The notes below the pieces were generated by a model. It was given only the letters and a program-made list of their open reading frames with translations. It ran no database searches and was not told the origin of the DNA. From a virus, in the IMG/VR virus record IMGVR_UViG_3300027659_000017, positions 33,956 to 97,955 of that record: a stretch of 64,000 nt of DNA, one strand, 5' to 3'. The position numbers and the translations under genes are program-made. This document shows, in pieces, positions 52,860 to 62,412 of this stretch; within the stretch, counting starts at the first letter, position 1; each line of letters begins with the position of its first letter.

Positions 52860-52997
52860 ATGGCAAAGGCAACAACATCAATCAAGTCTTACCAAAAGAA
52901 GTTGGTAATACGTCCTGGCATTCATGCTAAAACTAAGACTTCAAAGTTAAAGAAGTCTAAGAATTACAAAAAAGCATACAGAGCTCAAGGTAGGTAA
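52860..52997 (+). CDS. Small very basic protein (45 aa), probable nucleic-acid-binding virion protein
   Basis: Not in the ORF track. MAKATTSIKSYQKKLVIRPGIHAKTKTSKLKKSKNYKKAYRAQGR*. Starts 1 nt after the upstream stop and ends just before the terminator. Confidence 0.7.
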   Translation: MAKATTSIKSYQKKLVIRPGIHAKTKTSKLKKSKNYKKAYRAQGR

Positions 52998-52998
52998 G

Positions 52999-53028
52999 AA
53001 AAAAAAAGGGGAACCCGAAGGCTCCCCT
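52999..53028 (-). terminator. Intrinsic terminator (cUUCGg loop)
   Basis: Minus strand AGGGGAGCC-TTCG-GGTTCCCCT followed by a T-run, at the convergence of the two gene blocks. Confidence 0.85.
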
Positions 53029-53032
53029 AAAT

Positions 53033-53209
53033 TTATTCATCATCATCATCACAACAATCACACTCTTGTGACTCTTGTGCTCCGTATTCATTATCAAACC
53101 ATTCAGCAGCATCTTGTTTTGTTCTTCTTTCATAACAACCACAGTACATACTTTCTGAACCTGCAATGTATGCTTCTATCAGTGCTTTTCTAAATGCTAT
53201 TGGATGCAT
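53033..53209 (-). CDS. Small acidic Cys-containing protein (58 aa)
   Basis: Not in the ORF track. MHPIAFRKALIEAYIAGSESMYCGCYERRTKQDAAEWFDNEYGAQESQECDCCDDDDE*. Fills the gap between two terminators. Confidence 0.6.
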   Translation of the reverse strand: MHPIAFRKALIEAYIAGSESMYCGCYERRTKQDAAEWFDNEYGAQESQECDCCDDDDE

Positions 53210-53239
53210 AGTACTTAATTTAAATCTTTACTAAAATAG

Positions 53240-53268
53240 AAAAAAAAGGGACAGCCGAAGCTATCCCT
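53240..53268 (-). terminator. Intrinsic terminator (cUUCGg loop)
   Basis: Minus strand AGGGATAGC-TTCG-GCTGTCCCT followed by a T-run, just downstream of the 53290 stop. Confidence 0.85.
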
Positions 53269-53289
53269 AATTGATATATTATTCATTAA

Positions 53290-54489
53290 CTAAAAGAAGT
53301 CTGGAAGTTCATCCGGATCTTCATTAGCATCTTCTGTGAAGTCTAAACTGAAGTTGTCTTCTAATGCAAAGTCATCTTCCTTTTCTTCAACAATTTCTAT
53401 TACAGGTACTACCTCTTCTTCTATAACTTCTTCTGCTGTTACAGCATTGTGGAAGTCAATAGCTTCAAAAGTATTACCGGCAGGATCAGTGTACTGAATT
53501 ATATCATCTATAATAGAATGACTAATTTCAGCATTATGGTTATTTACACCATATAACTCTTCAGCTAAGTCTTCTTCACTGATTATAGGAACATAGATAC
53601 CTGTTGAAACTTCTTCTACTTCAGGCCATACATCATCATCAGCCATAAGTGTAGATTCAATCTCAGCAATCTGGTCCAGGATGTTAGTCTGATTAGGAAT
53701 AACTGTCAAAGGATCCTCCGGGACATCTTCTACTGGTGTATTAAGTACAGGAACTGGTGTGGCAGGTGCATTAGCTGCAAAGTTTGCTACTGTATCAATA
53801 AAGTAATGAAGAACACGTTGGTCTTCCATCCATGTCTTTGGATGTGAAAACTGTAGTGCATAAGTAACATAATTGTAGAAAGCCCATAAACTATCTGTAT
53901 TACTAAAGATATGAAGAGGTTTCTTCATAAGGTCTCTTATCATACTAGATTGTTCAGTAGTCAAGATCTCATACTCAGCAAACAATACACCTAACAATTG
54001 AGCTTGTTTCCTCTTGTTAAGAGTAACTGTTTCCATGACAGCTTTATCAGAACACAATTGGTTATAATACATATGTGCATTGGTAATATAATCATCAATT
54101 GTTGCTTTGGTCTCTGTATCTGCAGACCCCGTGTGCTTTCTAACCCAGGAACCAATATCACCAGAAATCATAACTGAACCAGTGTTGTTGATATAGGCAC
54201 CAATAACACATTTAAACTTTACTTGTTTATTATAACTGTTTGTCCAAGCAAACATCATTGACAACTCAGGATCATTATTAAAGTTTAGTTTGTAAACTCC
54301 TTGAGCAATCTGTCCATCGGCAGTACATCTGTACTCCTCATCTATAATTCCAAACCCTGCAGTAGCAAGGGCTTGGTAAGCATAATCAATAACAAACTGG
54401 TGACTAATTACAGTGTAACTAGCAGCATGGTTTGGTAATGCAACACTGATTAAATCAGCTTTTGTTGTGTTTTGAATTTTTCTAGGCAT
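53290..54489 (-). CDS. DUF932-like protein with long acidic C-terminal tail
   Basis: N-terminal SYTVISH...NSYNKQ...SLWAFYNYVTYAL pattern resembles DUF932 phage proteins. The last ~150 aa are Glu/Asp-rich. Confidence 0.55.
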   Translation of the reverse strand: MPRKIQNTTKADLISVALPNHAASYTVISHQFVIDYAYQALATAGFGIIDEEYRCTADGQIAQGVYKLNFNNDPELSMMFAWTNSYNKQVKFKCVIGAYINNTGSVMISGDIGSWVRKHTGSADTETKATIDDYITNAHMYYNQLCSDKAVMETVTLNKRKQAQLLGVLFAEYEILTTEQSSMIRDLMKKPLHIFSNTDSLWAFYNYVTYALQFSHPKTWMEDQRVLHYFIDTVANFAANAPATPVPVLNTPVEDVPEDPLTVIPNQTNILDQIAEIESTLMADDDVWPEVEEVSTGIYVPIISEEDLAEELYGVNNHNAEISHSIIDDIIQYTDPAGNTFEAIDFHNAVTAEEVIEEEVVPVIEIVEEKEDDFALEDNFSLDFTEDANEDPDELPDFF

Positions 54490-54491
54490 AA

Positions 54492-56390
54492 TTAAAATAA
54501 ACTTAATTGATTAGTATTAGGTTCAAGAGACTCAATCTCTTTCCTAATCTTACTTAGATAATAATCATAATTGATATCATATTCAGAAAAAGGACGTTCT
54601 ATGTGGTTGGTGTATACAGTTTGCATCCATTTACCGGCTTCAATTTGTATGTCCCGTCCATCATTAAGATGCTTTTTCATGATTTTGCTACCTGAATTAG
54701 AGATGAAATACCTAATGGTATTCTGCAACTCTTTCTCCTTATAGATTCCATTGACTATACTTTGTTCTTCAAATTTCCAATCACCTTTAATCTTGACACC
54801 ACCACAAAAATCAAAAATGTTTAGATTATCCATGATAAACTTTTCAGGTTTAATACCTTCAACAAAATATGCATGCAGTGCTTTTGGAATGATTAAGAAA
54901 CTTTTGTTCTTATGTAAGGCCAGATTGTTATACTCAAATCTACCTTTACATTTAGACTTACCATCTTCAGTAACGGCAATATAATTATTTACATCACCTA
55001 GTACTATCTTAGAATACTTGTCGTGTTCTAATTGTAGATTAGTAATCTGTTCCCAACGAGCACAAATCTCCATGTATTTGTCAATGTGTTCCCGTGGAAT
55101 CATAGTTTCAAGACCATCTGTATTCTGCATCAGAGGTACGGCATTTGGAATCTCTTCACAAATCATCTCATACAACATAGTAAGACTTAACTGACCATTG
55201 ATAGTAATCCTCATAGTAAACTCAGGATCATACAGGAAACTATTCTCATCATTACTCAACCCATAGGTTGAATTTAGAATAATCTTATATACATAATTTT
55301 TGATGTCCTTCTTGCTGATTTTCTTTCTTTCATCAAAGAACCATTCATACAATTCACAGAACTCATCTTTCGGTAAATGGGCAGGAGACCATTTATTTCT
55401 AATAGCCAGGTTAGGATAATAACTCACAACATCTGAAGTAATGATAACCATATCTTCAGTAGAGTTATAGACTTTGCTAGCTCTTGCACCATGAATACCA
55501 CCAAGACCGTAGTCTGTTTTGACACCTTTGTACTGCACAGAATACTTAAATCCACCTTTTGTGTCACTAGAATGTAGTACTACATCCTGAAACTTTTTCA
55601 ATAGATTTTGAAATGTAGCTGTCTTGAATTCAATATAGGGAAGAATGATGTCTTTAAAGACAATCTGATCCCTATGAGTTCTCATCTTTCTCAACTCCCA
55701 TTTCTTAATCCCAGTACTGTTGCTTAGGAAATGCAAAAACAATTCTTTAGATATTCTAGGCTCAGAGGCAGAGAATAAATCTATATCATATTCTTGTGTC
55801 AATGCTTTTCTCAGATTGATTTGCTCCTTACTCAGTTGCATAATCTGTTTAGTAGACTTGACATCATTAATACAATACCTGATAATTTCTGGTATCTCAT
55901 CTTCATGAATGTGACTAGTATGATGAATTGGCATGTCAACAATGTTGTGCCAATCCATAGTATACTGAATCCACTTTAATGAACTTCTCTTGGCCGGATT
56001 ATCCCAATGGTTAAGTTTGAATACATCTACCTGGTGGATCTGAAGATCTTTTGGACTGAATTCTAAGAACTCACCGGCATTTTGTTTACTGATAACTAAT
56101 TGTGCTGCTAAATATAGATACTCAGCTATCTCACGTCCCGTCATATCTTCAAACCGATAATGGTTACGCAGGATATACTCTGTAATCTGACTGTCAAATC
56201 CAAGACCATTGAAACTAACATGCCACTCATTGAGATTATTATTTCTCCTTAAGAAGTTTACTAAATCTTCAATATCATTTCTAGATTCATGAATAACAAA
56301 TACTTCTTGATGTTCAGACTTAATGTCTTCAAATACTGCTATGAAACAATTACTAAGAGTTTCATAGTCCATTACCCAATGTGTCTTCAT
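54492..56390 (-). CDS. polB: DNA polymerase family B
   Basis: Exo I DYET, Exo II FNGLGFD, Exo III YCINDV; Pol A DVVSYYPN, Pol B KIILNSTYG, Pol C NTDG. Confidence 0.92.
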   Translation of the reverse strand: MKTHWVMDYETLSNCFIAVFEDIKSEHQEVFVIHESRNDIEDLVNFLRRNNNLNEWHVSFNGLGFDSQITEYILRNHYRFEDMTGREIAEYLYLAAQLVISKQNAGEFLEFSPKDLQIHQVDVFKLNHWDNPAKRSSLKWIQYTMDWHNIVDMPIHHTSHIHEDEIPEIIRYCINDVKSTKQIMQLSKEQINLRKALTQEYDIDLFSASEPRISKELFLHFLSNSTGIKKWELRKMRTHRDQIVFKDIILPYIEFKTATFQNLLKKFQDVVLHSSDTKGGFKYSVQYKGVKTDYGLGGIHGARASKVYNSTEDMVIITSDVVSYYPNLAIRNKWSPAHLPKDEFCELYEWFFDERKKISKKDIKNYVYKIILNSTYGLSNDENSFLYDPEFTMRITINGQLSLTMLYEMICEEIPNAVPLMQNTDGLETMIPREHIDKYMEICARWEQITNLQLEHDKYSKIVLGDVNNYIAVTEDGKSKCKGRFEYNNLALHKNKSFLIIPKALHAYFVEGIKPEKFIMDNLNIFDFCGGVKIKGDWKFEEQSIVNGIYKEKELQNTIRYFISNSGSKIMKKHLNDGRDIQIEAGKWMQTVYTNHIERPFSEYDINYDYYLSKIRKEIESLEPNTNQLSLF

Positions 56391-56629
56391 AGTACTTTTT
56401 TAAATAAATTTTCATGAATAGGATCAAGTAGCTTTTCTACACTGATACTTAACCAAATCTTTTTAAGATGTATTTTTGATACACAGTTGTCACAAAAATC
56501 TACTTTTTGATGGTGTGTTTCATCATGACAGCATTCACACACAATTGGAAAGTTGATAAAGGTTCTTTTTACTTCCATTCCAAAAGCACCACAAATATCA
56601 CAATGTCCACTAGTTAAATTAGTTACCAT
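56387..56629 (-). CDS. Small Cys-rich putative zinc-binding protein
   Basis: 80 aa with CDIC, CECC and CDNC; ATGA overlap with the polB start. Confidence 0.6.
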   Translation of the reverse strand: MVTNLTSGHCDICGAFGMEVKRTFINFPIVCECCHDETHHQKVDFCDNCVSKIHLKKIWLSISVEKLLDPIHENLFKKVL

Positions 56630-56671
56630 AGACTTGATGTTCAGTTAAGCTGTCCCCCCTTTTAGGTTAAT

Positions 56672-56703
56672 AAAAAAGGGAGTGCCTGTAGTTCACTCCC
56701 TTT
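56672..56703 (-). terminator. Intrinsic terminator
   Basis: Minus strand AAAGGGAGTG-(9 nt)-CACTCCCTTT-TTT, downstream of the 56726 stop. Confidence 0.75.
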
Positions 56704-56725
56704 CTCTTGGTAGAATTTAAACTAT

Positions 56726-57082
56726 TTATGCTGGTTCTGATTCCGACATAAATTTTTTATAATCAAAAGTATCTGCATTAATTGCAAAGAGTTTGATTAG
56801 TTCTTGCATTGCTTCAAAATCTTCAACATAGAATTCTTGAAATACTTCTAATTTGTGTCTTTCCTGTTTCATACCTTTATTTCCGGTAAGTGGTTGACCA
56901 TACTCATCTAACTTCGGCAACATATGTAATGTTGTCTTCTTGATTTTAGATATTACTACAAATACTTTTGTACTTGGGTCAAAGATACACTCAACATAAG
57001 GGCAATCATTGCCAGTTGGGATCATTCTAAAAGTTTGGCTTTCTTGCCAAGTTGCTTGTACAAGCATCATTGATTTACTCAT
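56726..57082 (-). CDS. Hypothetical protein
   Basis: 118-aa ORF with ATGA-type overlap to the upstream gene. Confidence 0.7.
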   Translation of the reverse strand: MSKSMMLVQATWQESQTFRMIPTGNDCPYVECIFDPSTKVFVVISKIKKTTLHMLPKLDEYGQPLTGNKGMKQERHKLEVFQEFYVEDFEAMQELIKLFAINADTFDYKKFMSESEPA

Positions 57083-57666
57083 TTTGAAGGTTTTGACAAA
57101 TTTAACAATTTTTCATCTATGTTCCCTAAATCTGCTACATCTAAGATTAATGTTTCTTTTTCTGTATCAGGCTTACTACATAGTTCTCCAACTTTAATTA
57201 ACATTTGAACATCTGCTCCTAATAATTCGGCATAGTTTTCAAAATACTTTTCAGGTATCAGATAACTGTGCATATACGCATAGTTACCACTGTATTTATC
57301 AAAGAAGTTAAGGATTTTTTGCTTTAAATTCAGACTAATTTTGCTATACTTCCCATTCATAAAATGGGACCAATCATCTTCTAAATCAGAAAAGTCGAAT
57401 GTAAAAACAGCTTGAGAGTTTACTTTAACATAATCACTGAGTCTGTTATGATTCAGTAATACATTCTTTTCAAAGTTCATATACTCAGCATCTGTCCTTA
57501 CGTCATATAGACAAATCAACTTCATATCCTCAGCGGTACAGTGACCTTCCCAACTGACATATGTCTCTACGGGAATAACACTTGTACCTCTTTTAATCCC
57601 AAGGAGCGGATATAAAAACACCTTGGACTTTTGAAAATACTTCTTATAAACAGAATTTAAAGCCAT
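57079..57666 (-). CDS. Hypothetical protein
   Basis: 195-aa ORF, tightly packed in the operon. Confidence 0.7.
   Translation of the reverse strand: MALNSVYKKYFQKSKVFLYPLLGIKRGTSVIPVETYVSWEGHCTAEDMKLICLYDVRTDAEYMNFEKNVLLNHNRLSDYVKVNSQAVFTFDFSDLEDDWSHFMNGKYSKISLNLKQKILNFFDKYSGNYAYMHSYLIPEKYFENYAELLGADVQMLIKVGELCSKPDTEKETLILDVADLGNIDEKLLNLSKPSK
57097..57104 (-). promoter_or_regulatory. Possible Bacteroidota sigma-A -7 element (TAAATTTG)
   Basis: Exact TAnnTTTG 14 nt upstream of the ATG at 57082. No clean TTTG -33 element, and the site lies inside the upstream CDS. Confidence 0.35.
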
Positions 57667-57670
57667 AATT

Positions 57671-58687
57671 TTACAATTTTACATTACCAACTGCTAGGTC
57701 GTATGGTAAGTCAAATCTTTTGTTGTTGTAATGCCATAGGGCACACTGTACAACACTTTTGAAATCACTATTCCATTTAACCAATGTTTCAGGAGAAACC
57801 TGAAAAGGGTAAACTAAATTGTATTTGTCAATTACAATAAAAGTTACTTGAACTTTCCAGTCATTCCTGTCTGGTAAATCTTTCAAAAACTTTTCTGAAG
57901 CTAAAATAACATAAATACTGGCTTGTATCCAATACTTATAGTATTCTACTGCATCAGGGAAATCTTGAACAGATTTGCCAGTTGTTTTGAGGTCATTGAT
58001 GAATAACACCTTTGCCTCATTATCAACTACGACATTGTCAAGAACTCCGTGGAAACCAAAAGGTAATTTGTCATGGTCAACCTTAATGTGCAACTCATTG
58101 TAGGCTTCAATGTGTGTGTCTTCCTCAGTTTTATCTAGCTGTAATAAAGCTCTAACATCTTTATTACTTTTTAGTATTTCAACTTGTACTTTGCAGCCAT
58201 TCAAAGTAGGTTCATCTACTACTGTTTTGTCTAGACTTTTCTTAAGGAATTCAAAATACTCTTTGTTCTCTTCGGTGAGAATCTTTTCAAGTCTTTGTTG
58301 ATCTGTTTTAAGAGATTGGTAAAGATTTGCTGTAAGTAGCTGTGTGAGTATATCTTGTGAGTAATCATCCAAAACTAATGAATTATTTCCAATACCACAA
58401 TGGATTCGGAAAATATTATCAATAATTTTTCTTTGACTATCTGTAGGAAGTTTACCTGGCATAGACATAAATTGGTCATCATAGTTGTCAGGTTCAAACA
58501 AAAGACAGTGCAGAACCCGTCCCCCAATGAGGTGCGGGTCTGTACCATCCTCCCTTTGTTGCAGCACATAATGATTGTAAAATAATCCAGGTGAGTATAG
58601 TAGTTTATTTAAACCACTGTAACTAAAATAAAACTTTTTTTGATAAAACTTCTCTAGCTCATCAGAACCATTCAAAACCATCTCCAT
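57671..58687 (-). CDS. PD-(D/E)XK exonuclease (RecB/Cas4/exonuclease VIII-like)
   Basis: FSYSGL N-terminal motif, GVLDNVVVD, INDLKTT and YWIQASIY. Confidence 0.8.
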   Translation of the reverse strand: MEMVLNGSDELEKFYQKKFYFSYSGLNKLLYSPGLFYNHYVLQQREDGTDPHLIGGRVLHCLLFEPDNYDDQFMSMPGKLPTDSQRKIIDNIFRIHCGIGNNSLVLDDYSQDILTQLLTANLYQSLKTDQQRLEKILTEENKEYFEFLKKSLDKTVVDEPTLNGCKVQVEILKSNKDVRALLQLDKTEEDTHIEAYNELHIKVDHDKLPFGFHGVLDNVVVDNEAKVLFINDLKTTGKSVQDFPDAVEYYKYWIQASIYVILASEKFLKDLPDRNDWKVQVTFIVIDKYNLVYPFQVSPETLVKWNSDFKSVVQCALWHYNNKRFDLPYDLAVGNVKL

Positions 58688-59954
58688 TGTTTTCTTCTAT
58701 TTGATTGTTATTTGATTCTTCTTCTGGTTCCATTAACTCTTCTTCTGTTATAGGATTGGCTATATCTAATGCTATTAACTCTTCCTTGAGTTCATTTCTT
58801 TCAATTCTAGATATTGCAGTTTCTATATCTTCATCAGTGATTTCAATATCATCTACTACTTCCGCAACTATATCTTGGCCTACAACTACAACAACATAAT
58901 CTTCTCTAGATGTATGTATAAAGTTTTCATTGATAACTCTGTTAGCTTCTTCAGATAAAGTGATAGTTTTAACTTTAAAGTATTTAGTATCTCCACGGTC
59001 CTCTATTTCACTAGCATATCTTTTCATTAGAATTTCTGCCATCTCAATTGTAAAAACACCTTTGGTAATTAAAGATTCTACAACTTCATCTAGACTAGTA
59101 TACATATAGTTTTTATCCTTACCTAAAAAACTGAGTAAAGATTTGAAATTTACATGGTTTTTAGTGTGACAGTTACCTATTTGATAAGCATACTCTTTGA
59201 ATAAGAGTTCCATATATAATAGGCTATCAATATAATTACTATTAGCCATGATTTCCATTGCGAGAATATGATTGTCTGTATCTGAACTCTTAAACATAAC
59301 AGATAACTGTTCATACATATCCGCATCTATAGTCACTGCATCAGCACCATTGATATATTTTAGCAACTTTGATTCATCATAGATGTCTAAAGAAAGAATA
59401 GCCGGAAAAAATGATTTGTACTCATCAATAACTGTTTGCATAGGAGCAGAAGAGTATAGAAAATCTCTTGCAGTTTTTGAAGCTTTTATTAGATGTACAT
59501 TTTCAGTATTTCTAATATCAGAGGCCGAAGAATAATCTAAAATAATTACATCTTCAGTATACTGATCAAGAACTTCTCTTACATTTTCTGAATAAAATTC
59601 ATCCATGTGATCTTTTACATCTTCAAATATCTTACGTATTTCTTCTGTAGGTAATCTATATGACCATGAGTTGTTTACCATTTTAGGTCTACTATTTTTA
59701 CCCGCAAAAATATGTGTAGCATCATCTATATTTCTAACAGATTTAATATCATATTGCATGGTTAAATCTTTCAACTTTACTCGTGGGATGTTAACTCCCG
59801 GCAAGAAATAAAGTTTGTCCCCTTTTGTAGGGGTATAATCATCTTTTTTTATTCCTAATACATCATCGTCAGTTAAACTACAGTATAGTGGTTCAACTCG
59901 CATGATTATTTCTTTTTCATCAGATTTAATCTCAAATTTTAAATAGTGCTTCAT
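58662..59954 (-). CDS. Hypothetical protein with acidic tail
   Basis: 430-aa ORF. Contains a helical segment (KSSDTDNHILAMEI) shared with 62387..62809. Confidence 0.7.
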   Translation of the reverse strand: MKHYLKFEIKSDEKEIIMRVEPLYCSLTDDDVLGIKKDDYTPTKGDKLYFLPGVNIPRVKLKDLTMQYDIKSVRNIDDATHIFAGKNSRPKMVNNSWSYRLPTEEIRKIFEDVKDHMDEFYSENVREVLDQYTEDVIILDYSSASDIRNTENVHLIKASKTARDFLYSSAPMQTVIDEYKSFFPAILSLDIYDESKLLKYINGADAVTIDADMYEQLSVMFKSSDTDNHILAMEIMANSNYIDSLLYMELLFKEYAYQIGNCHTKNHVNFKSLLSFLGKDKNYMYTSLDEVVESLITKGVFTIEMAEILMKRYASEIEDRGDTKYFKVKTITLSEEANRVINENFIHTSREDYVVVVVGQDIVAEVVDDIEITDEDIETAISRIERNELKEELIALDIANPITEEELMEPEEESNNNQIEENNGDGFEWF

Positions 59955-59965
59955 AGGATTAATAT

Positions 59966-59990
59966 AAAAGGGAGAGTTTTACCTCTCCCT
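59966..59990 (-). terminator. Intrinsic terminator
   Basis: Minus strand AGGGAGAG-GTAAAA-CTCTCCCT-TTTATATT, after the ATPase gene. Confidence 0.7.
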
Positions 59991-60046
59991 ATGTTTGTTT
60001 TTAATTAAACTAATGGGTTTTTAAAGTGGAAACCGTCTATGTTGAT

Positions 60047-61216
60047 TTACTTTACAGCCATCTTCACCACGTCCTGGTTCATCATCAATTGCCCAAACTT
60101 AACTTTATTACCATTGACAATCTCCTTGACCATATAATATCTCAAGTCATTTGTAAATGCATCACAGTCTGTCGTCAGTTTTGCAATTCTGTCAATGATT
60201 GGTTTACCTACTGAACCTTTATCAGCTACAGCCAATGAGAAGTTGATGATTCTGGTTGCAATAACACTAGAGATATCAGCACGGAATTCATCACCTTTTC
60301 CTACTGCATTAGTAAGAGAGTTCATTACATACTGCTCATCTTTGGTCAGGATGTCTTGTGGACTAATGATTCTATCCAACTTGTTATTAATGAACATAGT
60401 GAACATAGAACTAAAATCAGGACCAACAGAACCTTCACCAATCATTTGGATCAACGGTAGATCATCTTCAAACTTTGGAACAGAACTAATAGCATTAAAG
60501 AAAGTGGTAATTGCTCTTGGATTTACTCTTTGAGTTACCAATTCTGGATGCATCAACATGAAGTTAATACATCTACCATCAATCTTTGCCTTCTCAGCCC
60601 ACTTAGCCCATACATCTGCATCATATTTCAACTCAACAGAAATAAATCTTGTCTTCTGAGCAACATCTAGACTGGTTACATTATAGTCACCATTGTCTGG
60701 ATTAGTAGTCAAGATGACATGCCAGTTCTTTGGTAGCTTCCAAGAAACATATTCTTGTCTATCCAAAATCTCCATCGTGGCTTGCATAAATCTTTGATCA
60801 GCACGAGTATAATCATCAAGAATCAAGAAACCACCTTCACCTTTACCCTGAATCCAATCAGGAGCAGCATGACTCATTCTTTTATCTACAACTTTATAAC
60901 CTTTTGCACTTGCTGCAGCTATCTGAGACTCATTAATCCAAGTAGTCTTACCTTCTGCATTCTGAATCTGAAATTCTTTAACCGGGAAACCTACCAAATC
61001 ACCTAATTCCTCTAACTGAGACAAATTAAGTTTTACAACGTCCATTTGCATTTCTTTACCCAACTGTATGATTGCAGAAGTCTTTCCTAATCCTGCATCA
61101 CCTTCAATATTGATAGCCACAGGAACTTTTCCTTCAGACTGAATATGCTGGTTATTCTTAACCATGTGTTTGATAAAAGATTTTAACTCTTCAACGTTTA
61201 ACTGTACTTGATTCAT
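60047..61216 (-). CDS. MoxR-like AAA+ ATPase
   Basis: Walker A GDAGLGKT, Walker B LILDD, sensor TTNP, LDVAQKTRF; adjacent to a VWA gene. Confidence 0.85.
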   Translation of the reverse strand: MNQVQLNVEELKSFIKHMVKNNQHIQSEGKVPVAINIEGDAGLGKTSAIIQLGKEMQMDVVKLNLSQLEELGDLVGFPVKEFQIQNAEGKTTWINESQIAAASAKGYKVVDKRMSHAAPDWIQGKGEGGFLILDDYTRADQRFMQATMEILDRQEYVSWKLPKNWHVILTTNPDNGDYNVTSLDVAQKTRFISVELKYDADVWAKWAEKAKIDGRCINFMLMHPELVTQRVNPRAITTFFNAISSVPKFEDDLPLIQMIGEGSVGPDFSSMFTMFINNKLDRIISPQDILTKDEQYVMNSLTNAVGKGDEFRADISSVIATRIINFSLAVADKGSVGKPIIDRIAKLTTDCDAFTNDLRYYMVKEIVNGNKVKFGQLMMNQDVVKMAVK

Positions 61217-61227
61217 AACTGTTTTTT

Positions 61228-62412
61228 TTATAATTCTAATTTAATCACTTTGCCCGGTAGGTCATTATTCATAGCAGATCTCTCTGATATTACCCAAAGA
61301 ACATTACCCTTTGGTTTTACTGTTGCATAACATTCACCATCAGTAAAATATATCAGGCTTGTATATTTTCTTAGGTTTTCATTATAATATTCTAGGACGG
61401 GATCAAATTCAGTCCCACCTCTTCCATGAACATTAAGATCTTTCTGACCTTTGTAAGGTTCAACAGATTTGATATTTGTATCACATTGAATCACAGTAAT
61501 GTCTACTCCACATTTATAGATATGGTGCATTTCTGACATAAATTCTATCAACTCATCATCATTTACAGAGGCTGAAGTATCAATAGCCAACAACATGTGT
61601 TGTCTCATCTTAATCTTCAGACCTGGATTATCACTGAATCTACGGTTCTCTTTTCGTCTGATTTTCTTAGTAAATACTCTTGTACTTACACCTGTAAATC
61701 TTCTGATGTAACCTCTCCAATCAAATTTAGGTGGAGTAATTTCATCTATGACAATAACTCCTTCTATCTCACCAGGAACTGTACCTCTTTTCTTGATAGT
61801 CTGTTCTTTAGCATCAGATAAAACTTTCTGAAGTTGCTTATCAATCAGCTTCTTTTCTGCTTCAGTAAGATTTTCAAACTCTTCCCAAGTATCATGATTA
61901 GGAGTATTTCCGTTTTCAATATCTTCTAGAAGACCGTCCATTTTAGCACATCCACAAGAACCAGATTTATCTTTCTCATCTTGAAGTTGCTTCAATTTGT
62001 CATAATAATATCTGGCACCGGCTTTTCTATCAAGATTTAGGCTATCATCATAGTTATCTATATCAATACCACCTTCAGGAAGATAATCCTTATCTATGTA
62101 TTGATTAATTTCCATATCCATTGCAACATTAGCAAGTCTCTTATCAGTAAACTTAAAGAATGTAGTCAAGTGACCAAAAGCGATATGAAGTAGCTCATGT
62201 TTCAGTAATCCTAATCTATGGTCTTCAGATAGACTTTCCCAAAATTCAGGATTAATAGCAAGTTGATAGTTAATACCATTCTTACTTACACCTGCAGTAG
62301 GGACACGTTTACTGTCCCATAATTTATTTAGCATAATCAAAAAGAACCCATAATATGGCTCTTTCAACATTAGCTCTTTACTTGTTTTACTTAGACTTTG
62401 TTGCTTGTCCAT
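61228..62412 (-). CDS. Metallopeptidase-like (HExxH) + VWA domain protein (DUF2201-like)
   Basis: HELLHIAFGH, ANVAMDMEINQ, MIDAS-like AIDTSAS, GRGGTEF and YFTDG. Likely start is MDKQQ at 62412. Confidence 0.82.
   Translation of the reverse strand: MDKQQSLSKTSKELMLKEPYYGFFLIMLNKLWDSKRVPTAGVSKNGINYQLAINPEFWESLSEDHRLGLLKHELLHIAFGHLTTFFKFTDKRLANVAMDMEINQYIDKDYLPEGGIDIDNYDDSLNLDRKAGARYYYDKLKQLQDEKDKSGSCGCAKMDGLLEDIENGNTPNHDTWEEFENLTEAEKKLIDKQLQKVLSDAKEQTIKKRGTVPGEIEGVIVIDEITPPKFDWRGYIRRFTGVSTRVFTKKIRRKENRRFSDNPGLKIKMRQHMLLAIDTSASVNDDELIEFMSEMHHIYKCGVDITVIQCDTNIKSVEPYKGQKDLNVHGRGGTEFDPVLEYYNENLRKYTSLIYFTDGECYATVKPKGNVLWVISERSAMNNDLPGKVIKLEL

Noticed and set aside
52957-53166. 69-aa minus-strand ORF from the track
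   Set aside because: It runs through the terminator hairpin and overlaps the basic + strand gene. The alternative frame 53033..53209 has an ATG and stops just before the terminator.
54492-56390. Intein or intron in polB (or in the vRNAP)
   Set aside because: Pol motifs are compactly spaced in an uninterrupted 632-aa frame. No intein splice or LAGLIDADG motifs were noticed in either gene.
57671-58687. Cas4 / CRISPR-associated call
   Set aside because: Lacks the four-Cys Fe-S cluster motif and sits in a replication context; a generic PD-(D/E)XK exonuclease fits better.
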